Assembly (NCBI GenBank): GCA_013265495.1
Contig: MU058844.1
Span: forward strand, 1,804,941 to 1,868,940
Direction: 5' to 3'
Source: Vicugna vicugna
Taxonomy: Eukaryota
DNA: 64,000 nt
This document shows, piece after piece, positions 50,830 through 63,860 of this stretch. The translations under genes and the position numbers were made by a program. The notes under the pieces were generated by a model. It saw only the letters and a list, made by a program, of their open reading frames with translations. It was not told the origin of the DNA and did not search any database. Position 1 is the first letter of the stretch. Each line of letters opens with the position of its first letter.

Positions 50830-53334
50830 ATCTCTGAAGTTCTGGGCCATTATTTTCAACTTCCTACAATTATCCCCATCTCATGAAAAAACTTAGAAGG
50901 AAATAAAAAAGCCAAATGGAGCTTCTTCCGCTAAGGGCTCCAACCGTTCTCTGTTAGTTCCCTCCAAACAAAAATACAAAGCTAATTTTCCACTTTATTC
51001 TTTTGAGCATGAAATATAAAAACAAGTGAGTAATATCCCACATTCCTCTTCCTGAAAGCTTTATGTGTAGATAAGCCATTATTACTTGATCAGATAGGTA
51101 AAAGAATACTGGAGATAGGGTAGTATTTTTATTGGCATGATAACTACTGATGAATGTCTAATTGGAATAGAAAAGTCTCACTAATTACAATGGAATACTT
51201 ATGGCCACTAAGTAATTTCCTAGGTCCTCTGCTGAGTTGGTTATCTTGACTTATTTCCTATTTAGAATTTCCTAAAAACATTGTTGAAGTATTATAATTC
51301 CCCATATGAACAAGAAGAAGTTTGTATTTTACTAACCTTGAAATATCAATTTAATGCACTCCATTGAGGAGTTTCTTATGGAAATGTTAGTATTTTGATC
51401 TTTTATTTTAGTGTATCATTGTAATGAATAAAGAGTTAAAGGCAGATTGGTACCTTATTGAGTTCTGTCTTGAGAGCAAATTCTGAAAAGAAACTAAGTA
51501 TCGCACTCACTTTTGGTCTACATCATGCCTCTCCAATAAGCACGCATTATAAAATTTTTTTTGGCTCATACTTATTGGTCAAGAAGGGAGGTGTTAAGGA
51601 AAAAAAGCTTGGCCTTTTGAAGTTTTACTTTAAAAAGGGAGTCTATTTAAATAGTATTTTCTTTAGTACTTATTCTGTGGGTGGACGAAATGTGAGAGTA
51701 GAGTTTTAGGTGGAGAGGCAGGACCTTGCTGTCAAGTTCTCAGATTTATTAATAAAGGAACCTCAATTTATTAATCTCTAAAGTATTGGGATAGACTAGT
51801 CCAAATCATTTCCACATATAATTTCACTGGGAAAGGCTATTACAATTAGTCAGAACTTTACAGCCAGTTCTCAAGTGAATATATTTAAATCTAATTTTTT
51901 AAAACTTATTAAAGTATAATATTGGGAAAAAATCTGAGAATCTTAAGGAAATTCATCTTTGACATATACTGAGCATTTAAAATTTCAGTTATGTTAATCT
52001 TTAAATAGAAAAAAATCATTATACTTACCTAAATGCCCAGAATTCCATCAAAGGAAAGTAAACTTCCTACAGCTTTCCTTTCTAAGCTATTGTTTTTGAG
52101 AAGAACCTAGTGAAAGTTATAGTTGGTTGAGATGGGTCGTATTTGCTCTATTAAAGGAGAACGTGAGACTTAATTTACTTATTCATAATGCTACTTGTGC
52201 CAAATTATACTTTTTAAGTAATGCATAATGCTTTTAAATCTGTAATAGTCATTTTCTGTTTTAGAATGTGTTTGATTAAATAACCCTAAATTTGTCTTTT
52301 AAACTTCAGAGAAGGGTTATTTAGCATTGTTCAATCATAGTTTTTCTAGCTGTTCACATTAAAAGGATATATTTACAAACGCTGACAAATGCATCTCTCC
52401 ATAACACTCTGAAAAGCAGGCATGTGGCTTTTCTTTTCCGGGACACAGTTTTGAAAGGCTTAAAGCATTTGTTTTAATTTTAATTCCTGGGGCCTTTAAA
52501 AATAACGTTCTGGAGTACTTGGAGAAGGATGTCAACTATAACAATAAGTTTCCTTGGAATTATCCCAGTGTTGCTTGCTATTTAGTATTAATTAAAATAG
52601 TGGACTTAGACCTAGTGGCTCTTTAATGTGCTATATATTCAATTACTCAGTACAAATAAAAAACATCAGAACTGATTTTTCAACAACAACAACAAGTCAG
52701 CAAACAGGAATTTTGCTATGATTTTTCCAAAATGATAAATACAGCTTTGAATTGCTACCTGAAATGAGCTCCACTGTGTATGGGAAAAATAGGCAGATTT
52801 CTTCAAAGCTATCTCTGACAAATGGAATCAAATCTTTCCCTTTGCCGTCAATCTTGTGTTTCAAATCTCTTATTTGAATGTAATAGTATAGAATTTATCT
52901 GTATTTCTAACATAAATTTGTGGGCATAAATAAATAAATATAAACAATATCTGTATATAATTTTATATTAAGGGCTGTCTGGATTTATAGAGTTAAAATG
53001 CAATGGGTTTGAGTAATTACTGATTTAAGTCTAAATATATTTTACTTTTATTTGTGTGTATAAAACAGAAGAAAATGCAGTGTGAGCCTGCTTCTCTTCA
53101 TTCAAGAATATTACTTAGTTCAGAATCCTTTCTATTATATATGTAAACTCAGTGACACATTCCATGTTCTCTAAATAGAGTGTGAGGAATGTCTTAGCAC
53201 AGGTTAGCCAATTTTACTTTATAGGTGGGTCTTTGTCAGTTCAGTTTTTCTCTAAAGGTATACACCAGTATGATTATAGTATGTCTGACACTAAGCACAA
53301 ATAAAACTTAAACGCTATGGAAAATCCTGATAAG

Positions 53335-53495
53335 GCAGTGCTGTAGGATATTAGTACAGAGAATAAAGGCTTCTAATTTCGCCTCTTATTCACATGTTTA
53401 TATAGGCGAATCACACAGTCTTCAAGAGCTTCAGTTTCTTGATCTGTAGGTTATTTATTATGCAGGTTAAAAGAGATAATGTATGTAAGATATTT
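53335..53495 (+). mobile_element. MIR SINE fragment
   Basis: 'gagcttcagtttcttgatctgta...ggttaaaagagataatgtatgtaa'. Confidence 0.6.
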
Positions 53496-54974
53496 CTCTC
53501 AAACTAGAGACTCAGGAGACATTCTCTTAGAGCCACTCTGCCCAGTCCATTAGCTCTACCAAGATAATAATACTTACATCTAAATTGTTATGAGATGACT
53601 CAGAAAGAAAATAATCATCACACTTCCTATAGCATCATTCCTTCTAGAAGTTGTCCAAACTGAGGCATATGCAAAGCACTCGAGCATGGTGGGAATGGCA
53701 TAAAGCAATGCCACCGAATGTGGATGTGAGCAGTTAAAGCCACCTGTGGGTGTGCACTTATAGTGGATGTTTGTTTCCTTAGAATCACCCTAGTGAGGTG
53801 CTGAGGTCTCCATTCTAACCTTTAAGGGCACCACTTTCCAAGAACTTGTCTATTTTTAAAGATGATTCATTTTTGTTAAAAATACAATATATAGTCCCTA
53901 ATTTTTTTAAATAAAAAGATATGAATAAAGAAGAAAATAAACTTTATTAGAGATGAGCACTATTAATATTTTGGAATTTTTTTCTATTTACTCTATGAGT
54001 ATATGTGCACATATAATTGAGTTTCTACTGTAGGTACTTTTATTGACTTCATCATACCATCAAACATTTTAGAAAATATAATTTTCAATTTCTATATAAT
54101 TATCTATGATAAGATGCTAGCATAATTTTCAGCCATTATCCTATTGTGGGACACAGAATTATTTCTAATTTTTTTTAGATTTGCTTTGATTAATTTTATT
54201 CTAAGAGATTTCTAGAAATTTAACTATGTGGTCAAAATTTTTCAATATTTTAAGAAAACTGGCAAATATTTTTAAATGTGTATATATAGTAAAGCAACTT
54301 ATATGCTTATTAACATTGAAGCAACTCATATTGTCATTGAGAGTACTTAAAATGTTCATCTTACTATTCCCTTACCAGAGACAATTATTTTCATTTTATG
54401 CCTAAACATACTCACACACATACACACACACTCCCACATACACATGCTTATAAGGAAAATTTTGGTGGCTTATTTACTCAAGTTACTATAACTTGAATAT
54501 TTATAACTCCTAATATTTAGCTTTACCAACATAATTGATCTTTCTTATCAATAAATAAACAAAGCCTCTTACCATCCTTCATTTTGAAATACATTCTAGA
54601 TTTTATAACTAATATTCATTTAAACCTATGCTTTAACATATCACTGGATGCCTAAGGTTATCAACATGGTGACTTGCATTCCTAGATGAGTTCTAATGTA
54701 AATTTTACTAGTACTAGAATTTTCTTGTCAAATTAAGCAAAATAGAAACTGGAATTAAATTTCTGTGTAAATTAATATAATATGAACTAAAGTTTTGGAA
54801 TACTGACAGTGAAAATATTCTCATTCATTGTAAAACAGAGCCCCTTAATAATAAAGAATTCAAGGGAAAAAGACTAATACATTCTTACAGGCTAATTATT
54901 TTAAATGTTTATATATTATCAGAAGAGTATTTTGGAGACCTAATTCAGTCCTAACTCAGAGTGGAAATGAGACA

Positions 54975-55172
54975 AGTTCATTGGGATTCGAACTGTGGTT
55001 TAGTCACTCATTGTCTTTGTAACCATCATCAAGTTACTTAATTTCTAAGGTCCTGCAATTTCTCATCCTTGAAATGAGTAAGAAAATATCTACTTCCCAG
55101 AGCTATTTGAAGGGTAAGATTAAAAAAAAAATCCATGCATACATTTCTCAGACATAATGAGTGTTCAAAATA
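54975..55172 (+). mobile_element. MIR SINE
   Basis: 'gggattcgaact...caagttacttaatttctaagg...tttctcatccttgaaatgag...tctacttcccagagctatt'. Confidence 0.7.
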
Positions 55173-57372
55173 GTGATTTTGTATGTGAGACAATTTTTAT
55201 GAGGTAACAAGAGCATCGCCTTTCATGTTAAAACATTGAGAAAGACTTTTTTAAGATAAATTATATCTACTATGCCATAGACTAAAAATTTTAGAAATAT
55301 TTGTTCTTCAGAAATCCTAATTCCTGAATCATTCTTAAAAATAGATTAATTTTGCCTGTTTGATGATCAAAACTCTTAATTCCTGTTTAAACTATTTCCT
55401 TGGTCTCTGAAGACTCCAGCACTTATCCAGGTTCCAACTAGATTTAGGAAGTACAATACGAGACATACAAATAAAATTTTTTAAGTGTCAACACCAGAAA
55501 GGTAACTTCTTCCCTGACAAATTGTAGAACCTCAATCATTTCTGCTTTCAAAAGCCTTAAAAAAAAACTTTTTAGATTGTATTTGGAGGCTTAGCATTTT
55601 TCAAACTTTGTATATGGACACAAAACTTTAAATTGTTCCCTTTGCTAAGATACCATGGAGAAAAGATACTTAAAAAAAGAAGAAGACACTTCATGTAGAG
55701 TTCATGAGGAATGTTATGATTCTCCCATCACATGTTTATGACCACTTGTTCTTTCTTCTTTCTTATAATCTTGTAACACAAATGCAATCTTGCTTTTTTC
55801 ACTGTTCCTTTGGGGTTCTCCTATTAACATTCAGGTCTACAAACTTTCCTGAGTGGAACTCTGGTTCCTAGGAAATCCATGTTGAGAATATTTTTTGTGA
55901 ACACCAATTAAAATATGAGAAAGAACAGACTGAGTAAAAGAAGCTTAAATTGCAGCTGGAGGGAATTAGATGAGACAAAGAAAACGTTTTTAACATTAAG
56001 TTTGGTTAGCCTTTTTAATAAGTTTTAAAGGATGCGTCACTTTTTTAAACAGTATTCAGCAAATCTTAGGAAAATGGCCTAGATATTCCACATTTTCATC
56101 AAGAAATAATAAATATTAATGAGTGAATGCCCCAATTACTTTTCCATTTATTCAAAGCCCAGTTTAATTTGCACCCAGTTAACTTGAATGCTATTACAAA
56201 TTGTCATTGCATCATTACTGGGAGCAATAAGGTGTCTGGAACAGTAACAATATGGTCTAAATAAACCCTGCTCATTCTACCTCTGATGGTTATAAGTGAT
56301 CTTGTATGATCAATCCTACCCTACCATAGACAATTTTCTATGGTAGCTGTATCTTAAAGGCTCTTTTTCTTAGGAAATTACGTATCTACCACTCAGTATA
56401 CTATGTAGTATCATTTTGTATACTAAAAAGTTCTAAATAGGTAAACAATTCAGTATACTAGATGCATTTCTGTGGTGCTGAACAGGCCAGATACTTAAAA
56501 AAGAAAGTATACATAACATAGTGGAGCATGATTTTACATTCTCAACATGTCCTCATATAAGAACTACAGTGTTCTGACTTACAGGTTGCTAATTTCTCTC
56601 TCGAGTTGTGAAACCTCTTTTACAGATAATAATCAATAGAAATATTTTCTGCATGCTAACATGTATAGGTTAATATAGAAAACTGTCATTATTTGACTAC
56701 TTTAGATTTTCAAATTGACATTTAATATGCATATACCTAATCAAGCAAGTCTTGACAAGGTCATTGTACTAGTTTCCTGGGACCGCTGTAACAAAGTACT
56801 CCCGAAACAGGAGTAGGAGACAAACTGTGAAGAGACATATCTGTTCATACTAATTTGAGTACTTTAAAAATATCATATATGAAAAAAAAGTTCTCATTAC
56901 AAATGTCATTACTGTCAGAAACATTTTTTAATTACTTGGAACATTTCAGAATAAGCTTAGAACTTTAAATTGTTATGATCTTTGATTTTTGGAATACTTC
57001 GATTATGAAAAACAGAAACCTTGGGAACTGCTTAAGGGATCACCTGCTAGGCAGTTGTTATTTAGCATGTGCCCTGGATGGTAAAAGGGCCAATGGCAAA
57101 AGTCTTCAGCTGGGCAGTGGCTTCTCCACCAAAGAAGAAGCAGGGTGAATGATATGTAGAAATATCCCCTCGACGATTTTCTGTGCAGAGTACTAGGAGG
57201 AAACTTCAGGATATATAATACACATTAGTTAATGTATTGGTTCACTGAAGACATTATACTTACGTCTCAAATCGAAGGAACTACCAGAAAAATTATTAAT
57301 TTTTAATACATTCTGTCTGATGCTAAAGTATTTTAGAAAAAAAATGCTACCTCCAAAAGATTTATGCAGGCC

Positions 57373-57545
57373 CATGTAGTGCATTAGGAGAGCCAGACTG
57401 TGTCTGAAGCCAGGATTTTTATTCCTGACCCTTCCCCTAATTAGCTATGTGATGTTGTGTCAGTTGAGTTCTCTGTGACTCATTCAAAAATTGGTAGACA
57501 TTAGACTTTATGATTATCAAGGTTCCTTCCAGCTATAAAATTCTT
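57373..57545 (+). mobile_element. MIR3-like SINE
   Basis: 'ctaattagctatgtgatgttg...tagactttatgattatcaaggttccttccagctataaaattct', the MIR3-type tail. Confidence 0.7.
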
Positions 57546-57679
57546 TCAAATTCTTTCTTTATTTCATGGTCTTAAGTATGTACTTAGTATTACCTGCCAA
57601 CTTAAACAACAGAGAAAAATCACCTTTCCCCAATTTTTGTCTGAAGCATTATCTGGATCAGAGGTTCATAGGCAGTGCT

Positions 57680-57689
57680 CTATAAATAG
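57680..57689 (+). promoter_or_regulatory. CTATAAATAG: exact MEF2 consensus overlapping a TATA box
   Basis: Matches CTA(W)4TAG and TATAWAW; a pyrimidine-CA initiator-like site has its A at 57712, 31 nt downstream of the TATA T. Confidence 0.45.
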
Positions 57690-57711
57690 CCAGGGATTCT
57701 CTTTGGACCTC

Positions 57712-57990
57712 AGGGTTTGCAGAATTTGGTAGAAGGAAGTTCTGAGCAGAAAGCTTTTCCAGACTTTTTCTCTTGCTTCTCAGACAGCTTCTGTTTCTTT
57801 CTGCCTAACATATTGGGCTCTTCATAAAATATTATTTGAACAAAGAATTTTTTATTTTTAAAAATATGAAAACTGCTGATCAGAGCTATCTGACGGGAAC
57901 AGATCAATCTTAGCAATGGAATAATTCTATACTCAATGTCTTTCTTACGTGACTGAATTATAAACTTTTGATTTTATGACAAGATCGAAG
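57712..57990 (+). other. Candidate first exon of an unidentified transcript
   Basis: Follows the TATA at canonical spacing; unique sequence with retained CpGs; ends at donor-like GAAG|gtaggt; terminal ATG ACA AGA TCG AAG (57976-57990). Confidence 0.3.
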
Positions 57991-58848
57991 GTAGGTAAAT
58001 TTGGTACGTTTTAGGAAATTTGATAATATTAACTCATCTTGTTTTATAGGTCACACCAACTTCCTTAAACAGTTTACCATGGAAATAATAAAACTAGTTT
58101 GCTGAAATAAAATTAGGTCACTTTATATGTGTAAAAAAATAGGTCCCAAAATGCTGAAATCCTAAAATCTTTGTTCAATCTATTGTTAACATATATATTC
58201 TTGAAAGATTAAACTTTATCTCAATATTCTCTATTCAAGGTTCTGCTCTTTTTTTATTGTACTATGATGACCTCATAGTTACTCATCACAGTTCTATATT
58301 TTACTTTGCTGCACAGAATTACCTGCTGAAGAGGAATACTGAAATTAAAAACCAAACATAGTTCTACAGTTGTGCATTCTGATAAGGACCGAATTGGAAC
58401 ATGTATCATAGGCTTAAGGATTCTTGAATTCCTCCTGTCCTTTGCCCTGTCCCTATGTGGTACAGATAGTAGCCTATCACCCATCCTGATTACAAGTACA
58501 TGAATGACGGAACAGAAAGAGAATGACCTAGGCAGGCCTACCTTAAGGAGGCAGGCTCTGCTCCAACCTGCTTATCACACTGACAGGTAAAGTAATACAA
58601 GGTGAAGGCTAGGTCTGGCTTGAGGACCATACTAATCCAAACCTGGGTATAGAGCAGAAAATGTCACAGAAGTGGTCCTGAGTGGGCTCAGGGGCTGACC
58701 ATGACCCCGATCAATGAGCTGGCCACCTTCTCTCAGTGGCAGCATAGAGGAGCTGACTGCCAGAGAAAAAGGTAGAGTCTACCAATTTTCACAGAACTGC
58801 TTTGTGCTATTTAAAATATGTCTCAGGAATTGGAGTAAGGCACCTCCT

Positions 58849-59150
58849 TAAACTTCCAGTTATAAGATAAGTACGTATTAGAGCTGTAATGACCAACACA
58901 ATGACTATAATTAACACTGATGTATGTTATATAGGAAGGTTTTTAAGAAAGTAGATTCTTAGAGTTCTCATCACAAGAAAATACTTTCTTTTTTTGCTTT
59001 TTCTTTTCATTGTGTCTCTATAAGATTATGGATGCTAACTAAACATAGTGCAATAATAATTTCATAATACATGTAAGTCTAACTATCATGCTGTACACCT
59101 TAAACTTATATTGTGATGTATGTCAATTATATTTCAGTAAAACTGAAAAA
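58849..59150 (+). mobile_element. LINE-1 3' terminal fragment (laurasiatherian L1MA-type)
   Basis: 'aaacttccagttataagataag...gagttctcatcacaaga...atcatgctgtacaccttaaacttata...gtatgtcaattatatttcagtaaaactgaaaaa'. Confidence 0.85.
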
Positions 59151-59224
59151 TACACATCTCATATATGTTCACATGGCTCATTCATCCAATCATCTACACA
59201 AATGCTCAGCACTGGGCAAGGCCG

Positions 59225-59436
59225 TGGACTTAGATGTGAGTTTGAATCTTGGCCTTGTGATTCATTAGTTAAATCACTTAATCTCTCTAAGCTTTACTTT
59301 GCTTACTTATAAAATGTGTGTAAGTCATGCAATTCAAGTAATTCTTAAGCGGTTTAAATCATGCTATAAGGTTTAAAACATCTAGCTCAGTTCTTGGCAC
59401 GTAGAAGACACCTAATATGTGGCAGCTGTTATTGTA
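59225..59436 (+). mobile_element. MIR SINE
   Basis: 'tgagtttgaatcttggcc...aaatcacttaatctctctaagc...cttggcacgtagaagacacctaatatgtggcagctgttatt'. Confidence 0.75.
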
Positions 59437-59499
59437 ATGTATAGAAAGTTTCATCTGAAAATCCAAATCTCAACACAGTATTTACCCATTCTCCAAAGA

Positions 59500-59768
59500 G
59501 CTGTTTCCCAAAATACGTTCTATATAATACTAATTCTGGAAGACAAAAAGGATGAGGTTAAATAAACTTGGGGAAGTACTGAATCAAATTTCCCCCTTCT
59601 GGAGATCTCCCTTAGCCCATTAGAGGCAGAAGTTTTGAGATCAGGGGTTAACTTTGTTTAATGCAGAATTTTTCAAACTTATTTGAACACAAAACCCCTT
59701 ATAAGAATAACTTCTTTTGCTTTTCTTACTTTTCTTGTGTTCTGCCGAACATGTTTTAGAAAATACTG
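59500..59768. mobile_element. hAT-Charlie MITE (Charlie4-like)
   Basis: Inverted termini 'ctgtttcccaaaatacgttc' and 'gaacatgttttagaaaatactg'; internal inverted pair 'aaataaacttggggaa' and 'ttttcaaacttattt'. Confidence 0.6.
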
Positions 59769-60132
59769 CCTATAATGAAAGAGCTTACTACCTAAATTCA
59801 AAATGATAATATGGGAATTGTATCCTTGCCTCACTGTTTCATGCTATTTCATTTGAATTTTACTCCATTCAGGAAGGCGGGGTAGGAAGGTTTCATTATG
59901 GACCTTTCACAGTGAGAAAGCAGCAGACTTTTATAACTGTACAAAATGATACAGTTAATACATGGTGGAACCAAGATTTACAACTAAGTGTTTAAACACC
60001 CAGGCCACCTAGCCCTAAACTCTGATTTTCCCATTAAAAATATTACTTAAATGTTTAATGGATGCTCTGAATACTTTCCATATAAAAGCTTTGGGGTTCA
60101 GACTTTTACAATCCATTTTCATTTTCCCACAG

Positions 60133-60218
60133 ACGTAATTTAGCTTGTTGTTACTGCACCCTGTCCCATTCCTGTCTCACATGGTGTCTTTGCTGGTCTA
60201 GAGTGAATGGATATGCAG
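60133..60218 (+). other. Candidate 86-nt internal exon (probably non-coding or 5' UTR)
   Basis: Acceptor 'ccattttcattttcccacag|' and donor 'CAG|gtgagc', both near consensus. Confidence 0.35.
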
Positions 60219-60639
60219 GTGAGCAGGCACTGTGAAGAGGGTGTGCATTTTTAAATATGACAAACTCAGTCTCTCAAAATCTAAAAGACATAGATGCCTT
60301 TTATGTAAATCAAAAAAAAAAAAAGACTGTGAGTCCTCCAACATGACAACATATAGTTAGAAGGGCAATTTTGATGACTGTTATGACATCCATATTCAGA
60401 GTCCCTGCTCTATTTACCTCATGTTTGGAGAAAATGAACTTGAAATTGATGGATAAGGAATCACAGGGTACTTCCCATGACAAAACAACCACAGTGGTGC
60501 ATCAATTAAAACAAGCAGGGTTGTTGGTCAAGGTCAGAGACAATAGAGAATCATTGCTTGGTCTGGGAGTTGGTCCAAAGCTTCATCAGCTGTGGCAACA
60601 GCAAAACAGGGTCTCACAGTTTTGACTGAGGTTCCTAAA

Positions 60640-60980
60640 GATCTCATTCAATACCAGTCACTCTGATAGTTATTAGTTGTGTAGCTTTAACCTCATTGTA
60701 AGCTGGGGATGTTAATATCACTTCACAGGAAGTTTAGATGAAAACTACAGGTAAATATATATAACAGAGAAGTCACCAAATGGTAGGCACTAGTAAGGTT
60801 TTTTTTTGTTTTTATTTTAAGGAGAACCCATGAGGTCATTTCTATATTCACCATTTAACACATAAAGGTAAGTGAAGCTCAAGAGAATGTACTTGAAGTT
60901 ATGCAGCTATTAAGAAGTTGACATTGGGATTCAATTAGATCTTGTGACCCTTAGGTAAATCCTACTTTACCATGCTGCCT
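60640..60980. mobile_element. Two MIR fragments, tail to tail (+ about 60640-60795; - about 60820-60980)
   Basis: 'cctcattgtaagctggggatgttaatatcacttcacagg' and 'aacccatgaggtc...tgaagctcaagaga...cttgaagttatgcagcta...gggattcaa'. Confidence 0.55.
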
Positions 60981-61388
60981 TCCCTTATTTATTTTTAAAC
61001 CAGAAGGATGGGGCTCAGTTGAAGCATTCCTCTATTTTGCTTCATTCATGACATTTAAAAAAACTCTACAGATCTTCAGACTCCTGATGATTAATCACAA
61101 TTAAACATGGTACTGGAGCTGTATTATTATCACCTCCTTTCTCTGAAGAAGATCATGTACCAGCATGGCTGGTGTGGCCTGAAAACTACAGCACACCCAT
61201 AAATTGGGCATCTTACTTCAGTCTGACCACAATGGCTCCACAGTATAATAAAACACAGGAGCAGATACTGGGAGGCAAGCCAAGTATTGATTAGCTCTTA
61301 TGTGCTGCCTGCTATGGGAATTTCTGAGTTTCACACAAATGAAAGTACAAATTGTTTTTTGGAAATCATTGCAAGAGCTTTACACAGA

Positions 61389-61480
61389 TGACTGACTATC
61401 TATCTATCTATCAATCTATCTACCTACCTACCTGATGTCTTGCACACATACATGCACACACATGCACACACATCACACAT
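61389..61480. repeat. Compound (TCTA)n/(CCTA)n and imperfect (CA)n microsatellite
   Basis: Read directly. Confidence 0.85.
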
Positions 61481-61827
61481 AAATAGAAACAAAAACAAAG
61501 AGGAAACATTTAGAGAACTTTGTCCTCAGCTTATGTACAGGAATACTCTCCCACCACAGGTGACAAAGATGGAGTGAGTATGAACAGAGAAGGGAGCAGC
61601 CTGTCCTTATGTGCTCTACACATTGAGTTAAAGTGTCCCCTTAAACATAAACTTCGTCATTTCCCTTCTACCACTGATTTCATATAAGCAGTTCAACATG
61701 ACAAACAAAATAAATGTTACATAATGGTTTTTAGTGCTTGGATTTACTAGAGGGAATGGATGAATGAATTTACTTGTGAGTTGAGAATCATATGGGGTCT
61801 CTGCCATTTAGAGGCTAAATATTTAGT

Positions 61828-62325
61828 CCTTCATTTAATAAATATGTTAAAATTGCCTATTATATGCAAGCACATTAATAGGTATTAAGGACAAAATCAT
61901 GAGAAAAGTATATGTGGACTTACTCAAGGAATTTATTATTTTGTAGGCAAGACAGACATTAATAAGCATAAAGATAAGTGCTAGCAAGAAATGTATGGAA
62001 CAGCATGAGAGAAGAGGAGAATCCAGCCAAGTCTGGAGGGTTACGGTTATAACTTCAACGAAGAAGTGACCTTGAGTAAAAATAAGAATAAGTCAGAGTG
62101 AGGTAAAGTACAGGAAGAAAACATGGCAGACATGTTTTGAGACAGAGTGTGCTCAAAGTCTATGAAAAACAAAGAGTACAGTACACAAAGAGGACTGAGT
62201 GTAGGGCATTATGGCTGGAATAAAAAGAGAAAAAGTGATACTGATGTGTGATGACAACTGGAAAAACAGAGAGATGAGACCCAACCCGACCTTGTGGGTC
62301 ATAATGAGAACTTTATGCAGGTGGA
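61828..62325 (-). mobile_element. LINE-2 3' region, antisense
   Basis: 'ttcatttaataaatatgtt...gcctattatatgcaagcac...ctcaaggaattta...gcaagacagacattaa...cttcaacgaagaagtgaccttgag'. Confidence 0.75.
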
Positions 62326-62434
62326 CTGCAATGCTTTAATGCAGTGGATCACAGTGTTTCAACTGCATCTTGTTTTCTTTGAAATGTGTAATTATATGCT
62401 AACCAATTCAACTAGTAGTAATTACATTACTGTC

Positions 62435-62476
62435 ATTATTGTTATTATTACCATTATTATTATTATTATTATTATA
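62435..62476. repeat. (ATT)n microsatellite
   Basis: Read directly; explains the poly-Ile in ORF 62294..62554. Confidence 0.9.
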
Positions 62477-63089
62477 AATTTCTCTACAATCTGCCAGATT
62501 GTCCATGCAGCTAATTCTGTTGTTTGTGGTTATCAGGACCATTTGTTCTATTGATTTTCATCTTGGGACATGGTGATTAATAGCATATGGTCTGGTTAAA
62601 AAAAGTGCAACTTTGGCAAACATATACATTTTTAAAATATGATACTTTCCTTCATATCCAGAATATACAAAAATCTGTTGAAATGTAAATGTTCAACTTT
62701 AAGTGTTAATACGATTTTCAAGTTTTGTGTGAAAAGTTAAAACTTAAATACATCTCAGATTTAAAAAGAAACATTTATAGCTCCCTTTTATGGTTACATT
62801 TTGGCTCAAGAATCAGGACATTTCATCTGATTTCCCTGTGAATGCCTGGTATAAACACTTTCCCTATCTTTACCTTTCTCTTCTTTCCAGTGATCTCTTT
62901 AACAGGAACAATTTTTGTAACTGTTATAGGCAACATCAATTACAGTATATTATCTAAGATTGGTCTTATTGAATGTTCTCTGGGCTTTGCAATGGACAAA
63001 CCTAGAATTTCCCAGTATTACTAAACACAGTTAATAGAAAAAAAATACTGTAAGAATACTTTAGAATAATTTAGAATAATATCAATAAG

Positions 63090-63320
63090 TAATGTTTTAC
63101 AGCACATTTCCACTGAGAAAGAATCTTAAAATGTGTGATTTCATTTGAGTAGTTAACAACTCTGTGAGATATAGAAAGTGTCATCATTTTCATTTTATAG
63201 CCCAGGATACTGAAAGTCAGAGACAAAGTTCTTTGCCAAAGGACATCCAATAGTTGACTATGGTGAAATCTTTGTTTTCCGTTCCATTTCTCATTCTCCT
63301 TCTATTACTCCACTACTCAT
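63090..63320 (-). mobile_element. MIR SINE
   Basis: 'tttcatttgagtagttaacaactctgtgagata...cattttatagcccaggatactgaaagtcagaga...ttgccaaagg'. Confidence 0.7.
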
Positions 63321-63489
63321 CATACATGTGTAATCACATATTTGGCAAATTGGAGATGTTTTTCCCCAACTTTCTAGTATCAAAATCTGTGGCAGCAGAG
63401 AGAATCTGAGGAACCGAACTCATCATTCAAAGTAATACTTTTCCCCTTTGACATCTCTCCTTGTGTTTTTGATTATCTCCTCAATTTAC

Positions 63490-63860
63490 GGATGTTCTGA
63501 GCCTCAATATCCTGATTTTTTTCAAAAGCTGAAATTGTATTATTTTTCTCAAGGTATCCTTTCTTCTTTGTTCCATCTTAGTGTTAATGATGGACCTATT
63601 CTTCCTGACACTGAAGATTTCAACCTCAGTGTGATTTTGAGATCCTTTCTTAATTCCCTTTGACATATAGAATGGATTAACCCAATCATCTTTTCTTACA
63701 GTGTTGCCTGATGCTGTCTTTCCCTCTTTCCTTTCTGAAGTGCCTATCTAGAGGTAGACATCCAGTGTGCATATAGTTATGTTCTCAGGAAAAGATGCAA
63801 CCAACCCTTCCTCTCTCATTACTGTAATCTCCAAACAAGCTGATTGTTAAGAGTTTCTCT
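63490..63860 (+). mobile_element. LINE-2 ORF2 3' fragment
   Basis: 'caaaagctgaaattgtattattttt...ccatcttagtgttaatgatggacctattcttcc...aacctcagtgtgattttgagatcctttct' resembles the L2 ORF2 end. Confidence 0.55.

Noticed and set aside
58325..58340. Possible 16-nt minus-strand micro-exon (tttcag|TATTCCTCTTCAGCAG|gtaatt)
   Set aside because: Not frame-preserving, no partner exons, and such short matches are frequent in AT-rich DNA.
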